64,000 nt of DNA from a virus (lineage: Duplodnaviria; Caudoviricetes), in the IMG/VR virus record IMGVR_UViG_3300028914_000059, positions 1-64,000 of that record. One strand, 5' to 3'. A model generated the notes under the pieces. It had not been told where the DNA came from. It searched no databases and saw nothing but the letters and a program-made list of their open reading frames with translations. Positions 19,438 to 30,061 of this stretch are shown piece by piece. The translations under genes and the position numbers were made by a program. Numbering within the stretch: the stretch's first letter is position 1; the number at the start of each line of letters is the position of its first letter.

Positions 19438-22128
19438 TTAGATTACAAATATTAATCTGATGTAGTTGAGTGGGAGAGGAACCTTGATGTTGAAGCAGGC
19501 GTAAACTCTGTCGTTCTGATCAGGATCTACTGCGAACTTATCAACTACTGTGCCGGTAAGAGCTGTGCCGTCTGTAAGCCACTTGGAGATTAAGGAACCA
19601 CCAAGCTTATAGAGCATTTCCAGAGTAGCATCGTTGATTACATACTTACCAATGTATGGTCTGAATGTATTTCTAGCCATTTTTGCCATATAGTCTACAT
19701 CTTTAGTTACAGAATATTCTCTGGTTTCTACACTGGTCATATCAGTAGTAAGCTGATGTCTTACAGTAAGAGCAGATGTTACGTTAGGCTGAATAACTAT
19801 CATAGTACCACCGCTGGCTATGATGTCCATCTGGCTTTCTGAGAAAGTATCATTAGTGCCGGATACTTTTACGAAACCAGCAAAGCTCATATTTGTGAAA
19901 CCTCTCTGTGGAGGATATGCCTGAGTTGCACCAGCAACAGCACACGCAAAGTAATAGCCAGGTACCATTGTAGTGGTATAACCATCATCTGAAACACCAA
20001 CAGATGGAGCAAATACATGGGCTATTCTTCTAGTGCCGAAGCTTGCGCTCATATCAGCATAAGCCTGAGCAAGTTCACGTTTATTATTGATTACTGGAGT
20101 TTCTACTCTGTAATATAATGGTTCTTCATTCTTGGCTTCAAAGATACTGTCAACAAACTGGTCTTCAGCTTCGTCGTATACTTTGGATACTTTAAGAGTA
20201 TCTTCTTCAACAACTTCGCTGATGAGATATCTGGTTTCACCATAACCACTGTAGGTATATGGATCTATTACATTCTTGTTGATAATAACAAGCTGGTCTT
20301 CACCAGGAGTTACTTTGTCAGTAAGGAATGATGCATATTCATCGCTGAATGAGTCAAGCTTGTAGGAACCACCATTAGACATAATCATGATGTCTACAAT
20401 AGTTTCCGGAGCAGTAGCAGTGCCTTCACCTGAAGCATTGGCTACAGTTATGCTGCTGATGTTCTTTTCAAATACGAAAGTACCTGAAGCAGAAATCTGC
20501 TGAGCTACACTGTCACCTTCAAGGCTTACTGTGAATACTACTGGAAGGGTAACACCATTGATAGATCTGCCTTGGCGCTGAACAGTGCCTTTGTTGAAAG
20601 CTCTGATCTTGATGCATTTCTTATTGTTTGGAACAGTTATGCTGGCATTGCTGAGAACACTGCCGGAAGTAGCTGTAATACCATAAGCATATGCAGAGTT
20701 AGCCATTGGTTTAGTAGTTTTGAACAAGTGAACATATACATCCTTGGCTGAGCTGTTATTTGCTACAGGAGAGAACTTGATGCTGGCAATAGTCTTATTG
20801 CCTTCCTGAGCTATTACAGCATAACCGTCAGCATTTACGGCTGCACTCTTATAGACTGCTGGATTATCACTGGTGCTGTATTGAACAGCGTCGCCTTCAG
20901 CGTAGCCTTTAACAATTATAACACCACGTTCCATAGCATTAGTTACTGTATAGGTAACAGGAGTGTCGTTTTCAATGTTCTTGAATTCGGCATATTCACT
21001 GTCTACTGTGTCAAGTAATTCCTTACCGCTATTAGTAATGTTACCTTGAGCAAAATCATAAACTCCTTTAGAGTTCTTTCTTCCAAGAAAGCCTGATTTA
21101 ACCTGACGGGTAATCTTAGCACTATTGATAAGGCCAATGCGTTCTCTCTTTTCCAGAACATCGCTCATGGCAATGACGTGTTCTTTAAGCATCTGATGAA
21201 CTATTGGGTTATTGGTAAGAGGAACTATACAGTATACTTCCTGGCTTTCCAGAAATTCAAAAGCTTTCTGATAACCGATTACGTCATCACTTTCTACCAT
21301 AAGACCTGCAACTATTTCAGCACTGCCTAAGTATGGAAGTACTTTAGACATACCATAAGCTAACGGGTTATCCAGAGTTACTTCGCCAGCACCAAAGATG
21401 CTTTCCAGATCATCTACTGAACCTACAGAAATCAGCCTGTCGCAGTAGTCTGTTCTGAGAGCTTCGCCAGAGATATATACGCTGCCATTGTGAGATAATC
21501 TGGTGGAAATAATAATATTATTATTTTCATCCAGAGACCAGCCAAAGTTACCACAATTATATTCAATGCCCTCTGCAGTTGTTGTGACAACGCTGTCTGG
21601 ATTGTCCAGCTTAAGGGTATGAGCATCTACAACTTCCTGCACTTCAAGATAGCAGTATTCTGAGTTGTGGATGAAGCTCACGCAGTCAGCATCATTATCA
21701 GCTTCTATTACTGGAGCTCCGAGTTCATCTACTGGGTATGAAACACCAGCTTCATTGAAATCTACGTTGTTGTCTACAAAAAGAATGTAGTCATCACCGA
21801 TTTCTGTGATAGCACCAGAATTACCGGAAACTTTGGCAATAGCTTTAGGTATTTCATGTTCACCGGAATAGTTTTTAATACTGATACTGAGGCTGTCATA
21901 ATCTATCTTTGAACCAGCTGGTAGTTCTGGAAACTTAGCTTCAAAGCGTTCGCCTCTTGTGTAGGTGCCTACTTTATAACTGGTAGAGTCAGCGTCGTTA
22001 AACTCTTTCAGTTTTTTATAGGACGGACCTACGACTACGGTTTGTAGGGTAGCCAGATTTACTAGTGGAGTAATGTTCTGGAAATCCTGTAACACTTCAA
22101 CATCTGGTTTTGTGTAATTAATAGCCAT
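19438..22128 (-). CDS. Contractile tail sheath protein
   Basis: 896 aa; N-terminal YTKPDV; C-terminal VRHQLTT...REYSV...PLNYI pattern. Confidence 0.8.
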   Translation of the reverse strand: MAINYTKPDVEVLQDFQNITPLVNLATLQTVVVGPSYKKLKEFNDADSTSYKVGTYTRGERFEAKFPELPAGSKIDYDSLSISIKNYSGEHEIPKAIAKVSGNSGAITEIGDDYILFVDNNVDFNEAGVSYPVDELGAPVIEADNDADCVSFIHNSEYCYLEVQEVVDAHTLKLDNPDSVVTTTAEGIEYNCGNFGWSLDENNNIIISTRLSHNGSVYISGEALRTDYCDRLISVGSVDDLESIFGAGEVTLDNPLAYGMSKVLPYLGSAEIVAGLMVESDDVIGYQKAFEFLESQEVYCIVPLTNNPIVHQMLKEHVIAMSDVLEKRERIGLINSAKITRQVKSGFLGRKNSKGVYDFAQGNITNSGKELLDTVDSEYAEFKNIENDTPVTYTVTNAMERGVIIVKGYAEGDAVQYSTSDNPAVYKSAAVNADGYAVIAQEGNKTIASIKFSPVANNSSAKDVYVHLFKTTKPMANSAYAYGITATSGSVLSNASITVPNNKKCIKIRAFNKGTVQRQGRSINGVTLPVVFTVSLEGDSVAQQISASGTFVFEKNISSITVANASGEGTATAPETIVDIMIMSNGGSYKLDSFSDEYASFLTDKVTPGEDQLVIINKNVIDPYTYSGYGETRYLISEVVEEDTLKVSKVYDEAEDQFVDSIFEAKNEEPLYYRVETPVINNKRELAQAYADMSASFGTRRIAHVFAPSVGVSDDGYTTTMVPGYYFACAVAGATQAYPPQRGFTNMSFAGFVKVSGTNDTFSESQMDIIASGGTMIVIQPNVTSALTVRHQLTTDMTSVETREYSVTKDVDYMAKMARNTFRPYIGKYVINDATLEMLYKLGGSLISKWLTDGTALTGTVVDKFAVDPDQNDRVYACFNIKVPLPLNYIRLIFVI

Positions 22129-22143
22129 TTATTGAATCATCTC

Positions 22144-22929
22144 CTATTTAGAATTAGGACGTGCACACTCGGGCACTCCCGAATTGTCAGAATCATCGCT
22201 GTCGTCAACGATGGGTTCAGGGCTATCTTCAGTCATCGGTATACATATGCTGCTGCTAGCCTTGTCTGTATATACACCGGTAATTCCGGCGTTACAGCCT
22301 TCCCCTACCTTACCGGTAAGCTGTTTACCTGATACATCTGTAGATCTGGCGATCACTATCTCATTAAGTATAGCATCGCTGGACTTTTTAATATTTTCAG
22401 ATATCCAGCTTGATTGGAACATAATCTGAACTGAAACTGGAACTTCCACTATACGAATAGTAGATTTGGCATCCAAGGGTTGAGCTTCGCCTAAGGTTTT
22501 AGCATCTACCTTGAACAAGCCAGTCATCCTGCATATTTCATCTTTAAACGCATTTGTTGTAAAGAATACTATGCTGGCCAGTCTCTGTGCTTCCAGCTCG
22601 ACACTGGATAAACAGACAATGTCCACCAGGCCACCTATCAGGTCTGAATATGCTTTAGCTCCAGTCATAATGTTGCCACCAGCATACTGGTCTATAGATG
22701 TATTCATGAAGCTGAATGGGTGCCTACGAATATATATAGTTGGTTTAAATTCTGGTGTCAAGTCATTTGAGCTGAACTGGTCACAGATATTAAGTCTGGT
22801 GACTTGTGGATCTGGACTGTATTTAAACTCAGTGCTATTCTGGAAAAACAGGTTTTGATAGAATCCTATAAAAGCATCCTTTATGTAGTCGTCCAATAGG
22901 TACCTATCAATGTTTTCAAGATCAATCAT
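22144..22929 (-). CDS. Putative tail terminator or completion protein
   Basis: Position between neck genes and sheath; size. Confidence 0.45.
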   Translation of the reverse strand: MIDLENIDRYLLDDYIKDAFIGFYQNLFFQNSTEFKYSPDPQVTRLNICDQFSSNDLTPEFKPTIYIRRHPFSFMNTSIDQYAGGNIMTGAKAYSDLIGGLVDIVCLSSVELEAQRLASIVFFTTNAFKDEICRMTGLFKVDAKTLGEAQPLDAKSTIRIVEVPVSVQIMFQSSWISENIKKSSDAILNEIVIARSTDVSGKQLTGKVGEGCNAGITGVYTDKASSSICIPMTEDSPEPIVDDSDDSDNSGVPECARPNSK

Positions 22930-23230
22930 CCGAAAATTCTCCAGTTGGATCTTCTAGAATTGATATAGCCTCGGTTTCCAGATTGAGGTTGTTTGTGAAT
23001 GGGGTTATATAGGGTCCGAAGCAGCTGGTATATTGATTAGCCATTTCACTGAGCTTAAGTAGGTCAGTAGATCCGGACTTCTTCCATGCCTTTATAATTC
23101 CTGTAGCAGTGGGCTCTGGCTCAGAATTTATGGTTAAGTCTAACTTTTGGATACCACTAACTTCTTCGCCATTGATAGCAACTTTTATTCTATCTTTAGT
23201 AATATCTATAACTAGCTTTTTTATATTCAT
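22922..23230 (-). CDS. Hypothetical protein
   Basis: Coupled ORF in the structural operon. Confidence 0.6.
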   Translation of the reverse strand: MNIKKLVIDITKDRIKVAINGEEVSGIQKLDLTINSEPEPTATGIIKAWKKSGSTDLLKLSEMANQYTSCFGPYITPFTNNLNLETEAISILEDPTGEFSDD

Positions 23231-23460
23231 AGCATTTCCTCTATAATTTCAGGATTATCTTTCAATAGAGCTTCCATGTCTTCCTGTGAATCTCCATTAC
23301 CATCCATAGCTAAAATAGAAGCAATAGCAGACACTACTTCCGGATCAATTCCAGGAGCAACACGTTCCATATCACCCTGCCCGGCAATTTCTTTAATCAT
23401 AGCAGCATTAGCTTCCATTTGTCCATGTTTCAAGGAGCTTATCTTTGCTGAGTTTCTCAT
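23227..23460 (-). CDS. Hypothetical protein
   Basis: Coupled ORF (ATGA overlaps). Confidence 0.6.
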   Translation of the reverse strand: MRNSAKISSLKHGQMEANAAMIKEIAGQGDMERVAPGIDPEVVSAIASILAMDGNGDSQEDMEALLKDNPEIIEEML

Positions 23461-24275
23461 CTTAACTTAATTTTCTCCCTTTCAGTATCTAATTGTTCTG
23501 TTAATTGTGGATATTTATTCAGAAGTTTATATATTATACTACTTCTGTCTAGTACAGAGGCAGCTGCTAATTGATGAAGTAAATAGCCCCTCCTGGAAGA
23601 TGTTTCTACTTGATTTATCTGATAAAACAGCATGTCGTTAGGTGCAAAAAATATATCTTTAGGATTAACTACAGGCTCATTACTTAAAAAGATTCTGATT
23701 TCATTAGGTTCCATCTCACCCCACTGTGGTATCTGAACCATTTTTTGCGGGGGTGTAAGGTTGGCCCATGTAATGATAGGATCATAGTACCCACCTTCTA
23801 TACCTGTTTTAAAACATTCGTCACAGGTAGAAGATCTTACCTTCTGTTTATTGTAGTCCCAGCATACAGGACATTTTGGTCCCACTGTCTTCTGTTTAAA
23901 TACAGCTATGGGTGTCCCAGTTCCATATCTACGATTGCGTAGCATTATGTTATTTCTACGCACTATCTCTAAAGCTTCTAAATCAGGAGCTACAGACATC
24001 CTGTAGGCTTTAGTGTAATTTACTGTTCCGGATGGTGTATGCACTATTCTAAAACGATAGTACAGATTTCTCCAGATTTTCTTGAACCAGACACTGTCAG
24101 TATATTCTATGTCATGGTTGAATTCAAATACAGGGACGTAGCCAGAAGCAGGGTCTTCCGATCTCTCTAAAATAAAGATATACTCCTGGAAATTTTCTAG
24201 CGTCTGCTTAAATTTCCAGGAGATGTATATCCTGTTTTCGGCTACAGGGATAATTTTTACATTATCAATATCCAC
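23457..24275 (-). CDS. Putative head-closure or neck protein with zinc finger
   Basis: CPVCWD...CDECFKTGIEGGY; position in the head-tail joining region. Confidence 0.5.
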   Translation of the reverse strand: MDIDNVKIIPVAENRIYISWKFKQTLENFQEYIFILERSEDPASGYVPVFEFNHDIEYTDSVWFKKIWRNLYYRFRIVHTPSGTVNYTKAYRMSVAPDLEALEIVRRNNIMLRNRRYGTGTPIAVFKQKTVGPKCPVCWDYNKQKVRSSTCDECFKTGIEGGYYDPIITWANLTPPQKMVQIPQWGEMEPNEIRIFLSNEPVVNPKDIFFAPNDMLFYQINQVETSSRRGYLLHQLAAASVLDRSSIIYKLLNKYPQLTEQLDTEREKIKLR

Positions 24276-25569
24276 TAGTTCTGAACCTTCTTAAAAGGTT
24301 TTCTATAGGGTCACCTTTGTATGACCCCTGCTTCTGACCTAAACCATTATTTGCCGGGCCAGCTGGAGGAGGGGGAGGAGGTGGCATCATACCAGGTCCG
24401 CCTTGTGGAGCACCACCCATCATACTTGGATCGCCACCCATCATAGAAGGATCCATTGGAGGCTGTCCACCCATCATACTTGGATCGCCACCCATCATAG
24501 AAGGATCCATTGGCATACCGCCAGCCATAGCCTGCTGCTGAGCCATAAGGCCATTTACAGCATCTACTAACTGACCTACAGTTTCGTTAGTTTGCATGAT
24601 AGCTTGATTTTGAGCCATATCTGACTGCATATTAGCATTCAGGTTTGAATTTACATTATTTATCATGGCCATATCAGCTACGTTCTGGTAGTCATTCTGG
24701 GAGTTAATAGCATTACTGCCTATTCCGCCCAGAGCTCCACCCAGTAAGGCGCCTCCAATAGTACCTAATGCACCATGTCCAAGACCACGGCCAGCCATAG
24801 CTCCAAGCCCGGCGCCACCTAGAGCCATCAATGGAGTATTAACTGTCCCATTATTACCGAGTAAGCCGTTCATTATTTCGGACAGTCCAGCAGTTTTAGC
24901 ATACGCTTTACCGAGAACATCGTAGTGAAATGCACTTTGTTTTTCTAGCTCAGCAGCTTCTTCTGGTGAAATTTCTTCATCAGCTTCCATAGCCGATAAA
25001 TCATCGTCATCTTCCATAGCTGATAAGTCGTCATCCTCGCCAGCAGCATCTGCTTCCATGGCAGCCAGATCTTCTGCATCTTCATTATCTGCAATAAGTT
25101 GTGCAAGTGCCTCTTCGTCTACATTTTCTTCTTGTAAAAGATTTGCTAATTCCTCACCTGACATATCTTCCAGGTCTTCTTCAGTAATGTCATCATCGTT
25201 TATTAATGCAGCCAGTTCTTCTTCGTTCAAGGCGTCAAGGACAGATGGATCTATATTATCCAGATCTATATCCTCAGCTCCTTCAGAATCTTCCCCCTGA
25301 GGTTCATCGCCAAGATTAGCATTGGCTTCTTCGGCTAGAGCGTTTATTTCGTCTCCGTCCAAAGCACCAGCATTATCAAGAGCTTCTAACATTTCAGCAT
25401 CTTCTGCCAGTTTTTCAAAATAATTCATATTATCTCCTAAATAAGAACCTATTTTAATGTCCGGGTCTTCATCACTGTTTAACAGTTCCTCTAACTCGGC
25501 CTGGTTATCATATTCTTCACCATAAGATCCGGTTGGATCTCCAGGGTCAGCATAATTATACTCGTCCAT
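24265..25569 (-). CDS. Acidic putative virion internal protein with glycine-zipper segment
   Basis: Very acidic N-half, KTAG site, GxxxG helices, MMGGDPS repeats. Confidence 0.6.
   Translation of the reverse strand: MDEYNYADPGDPTGSYGEEYDNQAELEELLNSDEDPDIKIGSYLGDNMNYFEKLAEDAEMLEALDNAGALDGDEINALAEEANANLGDEPQGEDSEGAEDIDLDNIDPSVLDALNEEELAALINDDDITEEDLEDMSGEELANLLQEENVDEEALAQLIADNEDAEDLAAMEADAAGEDDDLSAMEDDDDLSAMEADEEISPEEAAELEKQSAFHYDVLGKAYAKTAGLSEIMNGLLGNNGTVNTPLMALGGAGLGAMAGRGLGHGALGTIGGALLGGALGGIGSNAINSQNDYQNVADMAMINNVNSNLNANMQSDMAQNQAIMQTNETVGQLVDAVNGLMAQQQAMAGGMPMDPSMMGGDPSMMGGQPPMDPSMMGGDPSMMGGAPQGGPGMMPPPPPPPAGPANNGLGQKQGSYKGDPIENLLRRFRTSGY
24413..24513. repeat. 47-bp direct duplication (period 54) encoding PMDPSMMGGDPSMMGG
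   Basis: Identical copies at 24413 and 24467. Confidence 0.85.
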
Positions 25570-25622
25570 ATGTGACCTCCTTTACAAATAACCATACACT
25601 ATTCTGTTAAAATAGTCTATAG

Positions 25623-26165
25623 TTAAGATACAATACTTCGTAAATTTCTTCTTCCGGCAGTATATAGGTTAAGATATTCAGAAGAGAATCCGCCGTAGCA
25701 CTGTTCCATGTTGATGTTTTCCTTAAGCATTCTGGCTGCCTGGGTAAATTCTGTCATCATACGCTGGAGAGTTCTTTCGTATTCCCCTGCTTTTTCTTCA
25801 ACAGCTACCTGAACACCACTGTCATTATACTGGAATGAGTTACGTATGAATTTAAAGATGGCCGACTTAAGTGCAAATATAGCGGCCCCCTCTAGCCATA
25901 GTACAAGAGATGGAAAGTGCATAATATCACTTTTGATGGAGATAGGGGTTACCATATTGTTATAGTAATCTAAAGCCATCAATAGAAAGTTATGCAGCTG
26001 CTTATCAGTAAATTCCTCATTTTCCAGCAGGTGGTTGGTTTCTGTATTGTCCTGCATGTACTCCCGTAAAAGGAGGACAAGCTTTTCTAGCCTGTCCAAC
26101 TTTTCAAGAAGTTTAGGATCTGGTTTCCTTGCCGCAAGAATATTCTTGTCGGTTACTGGATCCAT
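25623..26165 (-). CDS. Putative head-tail adaptor
   Basis: Helical 180-aa protein downstream of the capsid genes. Confidence 0.45.
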   Translation of the reverse strand: MDPVTDKNILAARKPDPKLLEKLDRLEKLVLLLREYMQDNTETNHLLENEEFTDKQLHNFLLMALDYYNNMVTPISIKSDIMHFPSLVLWLEGAAIFALKSAIFKFIRNSFQYNDSGVQVAVEEKAGEYERTLQRMMTEFTQAARMLKENINMEQCYGGFSSEYLNLYTAGRRNLRSIVS

Positions 26166-26635
26166 TATTTTTTACCTTTCTTCTTCTTGCTGGTAGTAAC
26201 TGGAATTTCTTCCTGTTCTTCAGCGCCGCCGATTACTTCATCCTGTATTTCCAGAATAGTCTTCTGTTCTTCTACAGGTTCTTCAGCTTTAGCTGGTTCT
26301 TCAGCTTTAGCTGGTTCTTCAACTTTAGCTGGTTCTTCAACCTTAGCTGGTTCTTCAACCTTAGCTGGTTCTTCAGCTTTTACAACTTTAGGTTTAGCTG
26401 GAGCTTTAGTAATAGCCTTAGCCGCTCTGGTTACCAGTGATTCTTTTACAAGACCTTTTTCAACAAGATCTTTAAGGCCGGCCTTAATTGCGAATGTATA
26501 TTCGTCATCAGAGAGAAGGAGCTGTGAATTAACACGGCAGAACCTTTTGAGGTCGATTATACTTCTTGGCAATGATATAGTAAGACCGAATTTATGCTTA
26601 TTTCCCTTAGGGGTTAATTTAATTGAATGAGGCAT
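26165..26635 (-). CDS. Hypothetical protein with PAKVEE repeats
   Basis: AGGAG SD; tandem repeats. Confidence 0.7.
   Translation of the reverse strand: MPHSIKLTPKGNKHKFGLTISLPRSIIDLKRFCRVNSQLLLSDDEYTFAIKAGLKDLVEKGLVKESLVTRAAKAITKAPAKPKVVKAEEPAKVEEPAKVEEPAKVEEPAKAEEPAKAEEPVEEQKTILEIQDEVIGGAEEQEEIPVTTSKKKKGKK
26277..26380. repeat. 18-bp tandem repeat (~6 copies) encoding PAK[VA]EE
   Basis: Unit GGTTCTTCARCYTTAGCT. Confidence 0.9.
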
Positions 26636-26645
26636 ATACTACTCC

Positions 26646-27287
26646 TTATTTAATGTCACCAATCACAGTTTCGAAAGTTTTCGAAGCTACACAGTTCTTA
26701 AGAGGGTAGTCAGGATCAAAATCAGACATATCTATAGTAACAGTTATGTGAGCATGTACTGGAGCCTCGTAAGTACCACCTACGGTCACATCACCACTCT
26801 CATTCATTGTGAGAGTTGCGCCACCTTCAGCTTCAAAACTCCATCTTAAAGGTATTTTGCCTATAGCTGCGGTATATGTAAGATTTAAAGAAAAGGAAGC
26901 ATCGTCGGTTAAATCACCATGAGAAATAAGACCTTCTACTTCTGTTAAAGTGCCATTGTCATCTTCAGTATGTGACCATACGACATTGTTACCTGCATCG
27001 TGTACTAAAGCGTTATACAGATCTTCCTCAGAAGTATTTTCTAAGAAATCTCTAGGATCAAACAAATCCACGGCGTTGAAGTCGGCACCTTCTATTTTAT
27101 CTAATTCACTTTCTGGTAAGGAAGCATATTCTTCGTCAGATAGTATTACCCCTTTAAGTTTTTTATCTGCTGGGGTGCCAAGATCTATAATAGAACATGA
27201 AGTTACAGCTGGTCTTACAACTGCTGGAACACATACAGTATAATGCTGATGATCATCAGGATTAGATGCTAATTGAATATATTTCAT
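26646..27287 (-). CDS. Hypothetical acidic structural protein
   Basis: AAGGAG SD before ATG 27287 (MKYIQ). Confidence 0.65.
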   Translation of the reverse strand: MKYIQLASNPDDHQHYTVCVPAVVRPAVTSCSIIDLGTPADKKLKGVILSDEEYASLPESELDKIEGADFNAVDLFDPRDFLENTSEEDLYNALVHDAGNNVVWSHTEDDNGTLTEVEGLISHGDLTDDASFSLNLTYTAAIGKIPLRWSFEAEGGATLTMNESGDVTVGGTYEAPVHAHITVTIDMSDFDPDYPLKNCVASKTFETVIGDIK

Positions 27288-27371
27288 TATAAACTCCTTT
27301 AAATATAAAAATAGGATGAGGGATGTAAATGTCCCCCATCCCATTTATAGGATACTTGCTCTAGCTTAAGA

Positions 27372-28274
27372 TTAGCTGATAGTAATCATAGCCATGCCAC
27401 GGATGTTACCGAAACCACAGCCGATGAATTCCCAGCCCTTGAAGAAGATTTCGTCAGCTCTGCTGTCTACCCAGAACTTAGCATCGTCAAGAGTGAACAT
27501 ATAACCTAAGTATTCTGGAGAACAGAAGGCCCAGATTTCATTGTTAGGAATCAAGTCTTCTTTGAGAGTTACGAAACATTTTCTACCAAGAATTTCTTCT
27601 TCTTTGTAGCCATGTCTTACAACGTCCCAGGCACCGATATCGAATACTTCATTGCCTTGAGCAGCCCATTCATTCCAAGTGGTCTTGGACATTAAGAAGC
27701 AGGCGGTTTCAAGTTCATCACCATCAATCATGTTGGTGAGTGCAGTGAGTGATTCACGGGTAATCTTGTGTGTTGGAGTAGTTACATTGAGGCTCTTACC
27801 GCTTCTGGAGACTACGTCTCTACACTGAGCCATGAAGTTACTGTCTTCTTCTTTCTGCATCATCTTGACGATGTCTTCTTCGATTAGGGCAGTAATTGGC
27901 ATTTCATAAGCTAAAAGTTCAGCTTCTGACTTAGTATACATTGGGCTGCTGATCTTGTATAAACCGATCTCAAAGCGTTTGCCCTGAATGTATTTGTGGT
28001 TAGGTCTACCACGGAAAGTCATAGAAACTGCTTCGGCTTCTGGAGCAATATCTTTGATGATTGTCAGAGTATCGTGTTCAGTAGATCTCTGGCAGTCTTC
28101 TTTTGTTATAGGGATAGGTGGCAATATCTTGCGGCAGAAAGGAGCTTCACGCATTCTTTCTCTGATGTAGAGTTCGCCAGCCTGTGCACATTTTACTCTA
28201 TCGCCGGCATGAACAGCATCAACGAAGAGTTGGTTCAAGTATTTGGTATTTTCGTCATAAACTAACTTGGACAT
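27372..28274 (-). CDS. Major capsid protein (HK97-fold)
   Basis: 300 aa; follows protease, scaffold and decoration genes; strong SD and downstream hairpin; C-terminal F..WEFIGCGFGN pattern. Confidence 0.75.
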   Translation of the reverse strand: MSKLVYDENTKYLNQLFVDAVHAGDRVKCAQAGELYIRERMREAPFCRKILPPIPITKEDCQRSTEHDTLTIIKDIAPEAEAVSMTFRGRPNHKYIQGKRFEIGLYKISSPMYTKSEAELLAYEMPITALIEEDIVKMMQKEEDSNFMAQCRDVVSRSGKSLNVTTPTHKITRESLTALTNMIDGDELETACFLMSKTTWNEWAAQGNEVFDIGAWDVVRHGYKEEEILGRKCFVTLKEDLIPNNEIWAFCSPEYLGYMFTLDDAKFWVDSRADEIFFKGWEFIGCGFGNIRGMAMITIS

Positions 28275-28299
28275 TCTATAGATTCTCCTTTAGTTGATA

Positions 28300-28770
28300 T
28301 TAGTACTTCAGTTCAAAGTGAAGCAAACCTTCTGGGTCGTTAGTAGGACTAACAATACAGATAGCTTTAACAATGTCACCGGAAGAAGCTGGAGCAAAAC
28401 CAACTTTACCAGCATTTTCAGTACCATCGTTAATAACAGCTATAGTGAGTTCGTCGCCTTCGTCATAGCTTGCGCTTGAATCGAAAACTTCGGTCTTACC
28501 TTTAACACCATCACCAGAAATAACGCTTACTTTACCGACAGCCCTAGCATCAGTTCTACCTTTTTCCATCCATACCATTCTGGCAAGTCTGGTTGATTTA
28601 TCTGAGCTGCTTACGAAGTTACTTCTCTGCCAAGTTGAATCCATGCCATTGAATTCTGCAGGAACTAAGAATTCGCCGCTGTCTACTACGTTGTAATCGC
28701 CTCTGTTTTTAAGGGTTACATCTTCGATATCCATCTTATCAATGAAACGATACAAATCAAATTTTACCAT
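28300..28770 (-). CDS. Putative capsid decoration or cement protein
   Basis: Small beta-rich protein immediately upstream of the capsid gene. Confidence 0.5.
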   Translation of the reverse strand: MVKFDLYRFIDKMDIEDVTLKNRGDYNVVDSGEFLVPAEFNGMDSTWQRSNFVSSSDKSTRLARMVWMEKGRTDARAVGKVSVISGDGVKGKTEVFDSSASYDEGDELTIAVINDGTENAGKVGFAPASSGDIVKAICIVSPTNDPEGLLHFELKY

Positions 28771-28807
28771 TTTCTATATTCTCCTAGTTTAATATAAGGT
28801 TACTTAA

Positions 28808-29173
28808 TCAGCTCTTGCTGTTAAATACAGACATGAAGGCTTTTACAGGATCTGAGACAGACACACGGGTATCACTGTCATACAAGTCGCCCAGAGAGGC
28901 TGTCTTTTTGGTCAGGTCAAGTTCTAAAGCTTTCTTAACTACTGTGAGGTCTTCATTTTTCAAAGTAGCGAACTTGTCAAAAACTTCCTTTTTGGCAACT
29001 TCATCCAGTACCATATCCATAGCTATCTTCAAAGCTTCGGCTTCTTTATTAAGCTGAGCTATAGCACTGTCTGCCTTAGCGACCTTTTCCTTCAGTTCCT
29101 TGCTTTCGGCTTCATACTTCTTTAAACAGGAAGAGGCTTCCTTAAGGTTATTAATGATTTCAGCTCTATCCAT
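28808..29173 (-). CDS. Putative scaffold protein (coiled coil)
   Basis: Coiled-coil composition, KTAS motif, position. Confidence 0.5.
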   Translation of the reverse strand: MDRAEIINNLKEASSCLKKYEAESKELKEKVAKADSAIAQLNKEAEALKIAMDMVLDEVAKKEVFDKFATLKNEDLTVVKKALELDLTKKTASLGDLYDSDTRVSVSDPVKAFMSVFNSKS

Positions 29174-29199
29174 AAGGTTCCTCCCTCCTTGTTAGTATA

Positions 29200-29991
29200 T
29201 TAGAGTAATCCGCGTTTTGCTAAAGTTCTATATGCAGCAAATAATGCAGGGTCATTCTGTTTGAGAGCAGCAAGCTTAGCATTTACATCTGCATCGTTAT
29301 TGGCGGCAGTGTTCATCATAGCACTAGCTATTTTTACAGGAGCCTGAGCAGCCTGAATAGCTAACTGAGATTCAGCAATCTTTTCATTAACAATCTGATC
29401 TGAATAAGTATCAACTACGAAGTCATAGCCAACACTAGCAAATTTGTTGAGTACAGCAGCTTCTTTATCAGTCATGAGAATGAGGCGGCCTTCTTTAAGA
29501 GCTTTGGCCATATCTTTTTCATTAACTGGCTCATCTTCAATCAAATCACTTGAAGTAGAAGTGTTGTGACGTTCTGGGTTAGAGTCAGCAGCGGATTCAA
29601 CAGAGGAGCCGTCGATAATCTGATCTTGTTCTCTGGCAGCATTAGTAGCAGCACCGTCTACTGATTTAGGACCAACCTGAACAGTAGAACCCTGAGTGTG
29701 TTCATTGTCCAATACAGCTATCTTAATAGCACGGGCGATTTTCATTACGTCGGAATTCCTCATGGAACCCTCCTTTTCATTTTCCTTTTCGGTTTTTTTC
29801 TTATTCTGACATTCTTCACATTCACAGTTTTCGCCATGAGCTTCAGCGCGTTTGATAAGATTATCAATAAAAGCAGATGCACTGGCAGCACTAGAAGGTG
29901 TAGCTGAGTTACCTTTCGCTAAGCTAGCCTTCTTTTCTATAGCGTTTTCCATGGTGATGATATCATTCATTAAAGAACCAAGCGTAGGCAT
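29200..29991 (-). CDS. Putative scaffold or core protein, KxA-rich
   Basis: AAGGAG SD before ATG 29991 (MPTLG); many KxA motifs. Confidence 0.55.
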   Translation of the reverse strand: MPTLGSLMNDIITMENAIEKKASLAKGNSATPSSAASASAFIDNLIKRAEAHGENCECEECQNKKKTEKENEKEGSMRNSDVMKIARAIKIAVLDNEHTQGSTVQVGPKSVDGAATNAAREQDQIIDGSSVESAADSNPERHNTSTSSDLIEDEPVNEKDMAKALKEGRLILMTDKEAAVLNKFASVGYDFVVDTYSDQIVNEKIAESQLAIQAAQAPVKIASAMMNTAANNDADVNAKLAALKQNDPALFAAYRTLAKRGLL

Positions 29992-30025
29992 GTTCGTACT
30001 CCTTTCAATCTGTACGTTACGATAA

Positions 30026-30054
30026 GATATACCAGCAAATATAAAGTCTGTCAA
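30026..30054 (-). promoter_or_regulatory. sigma70-like promoter TTGACA-N17-TATATC
   Basis: Perfect -35 box upstream of the scaffold-capsid operon. Confidence 0.5.
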
Positions 30055-30061
30055 CTATATA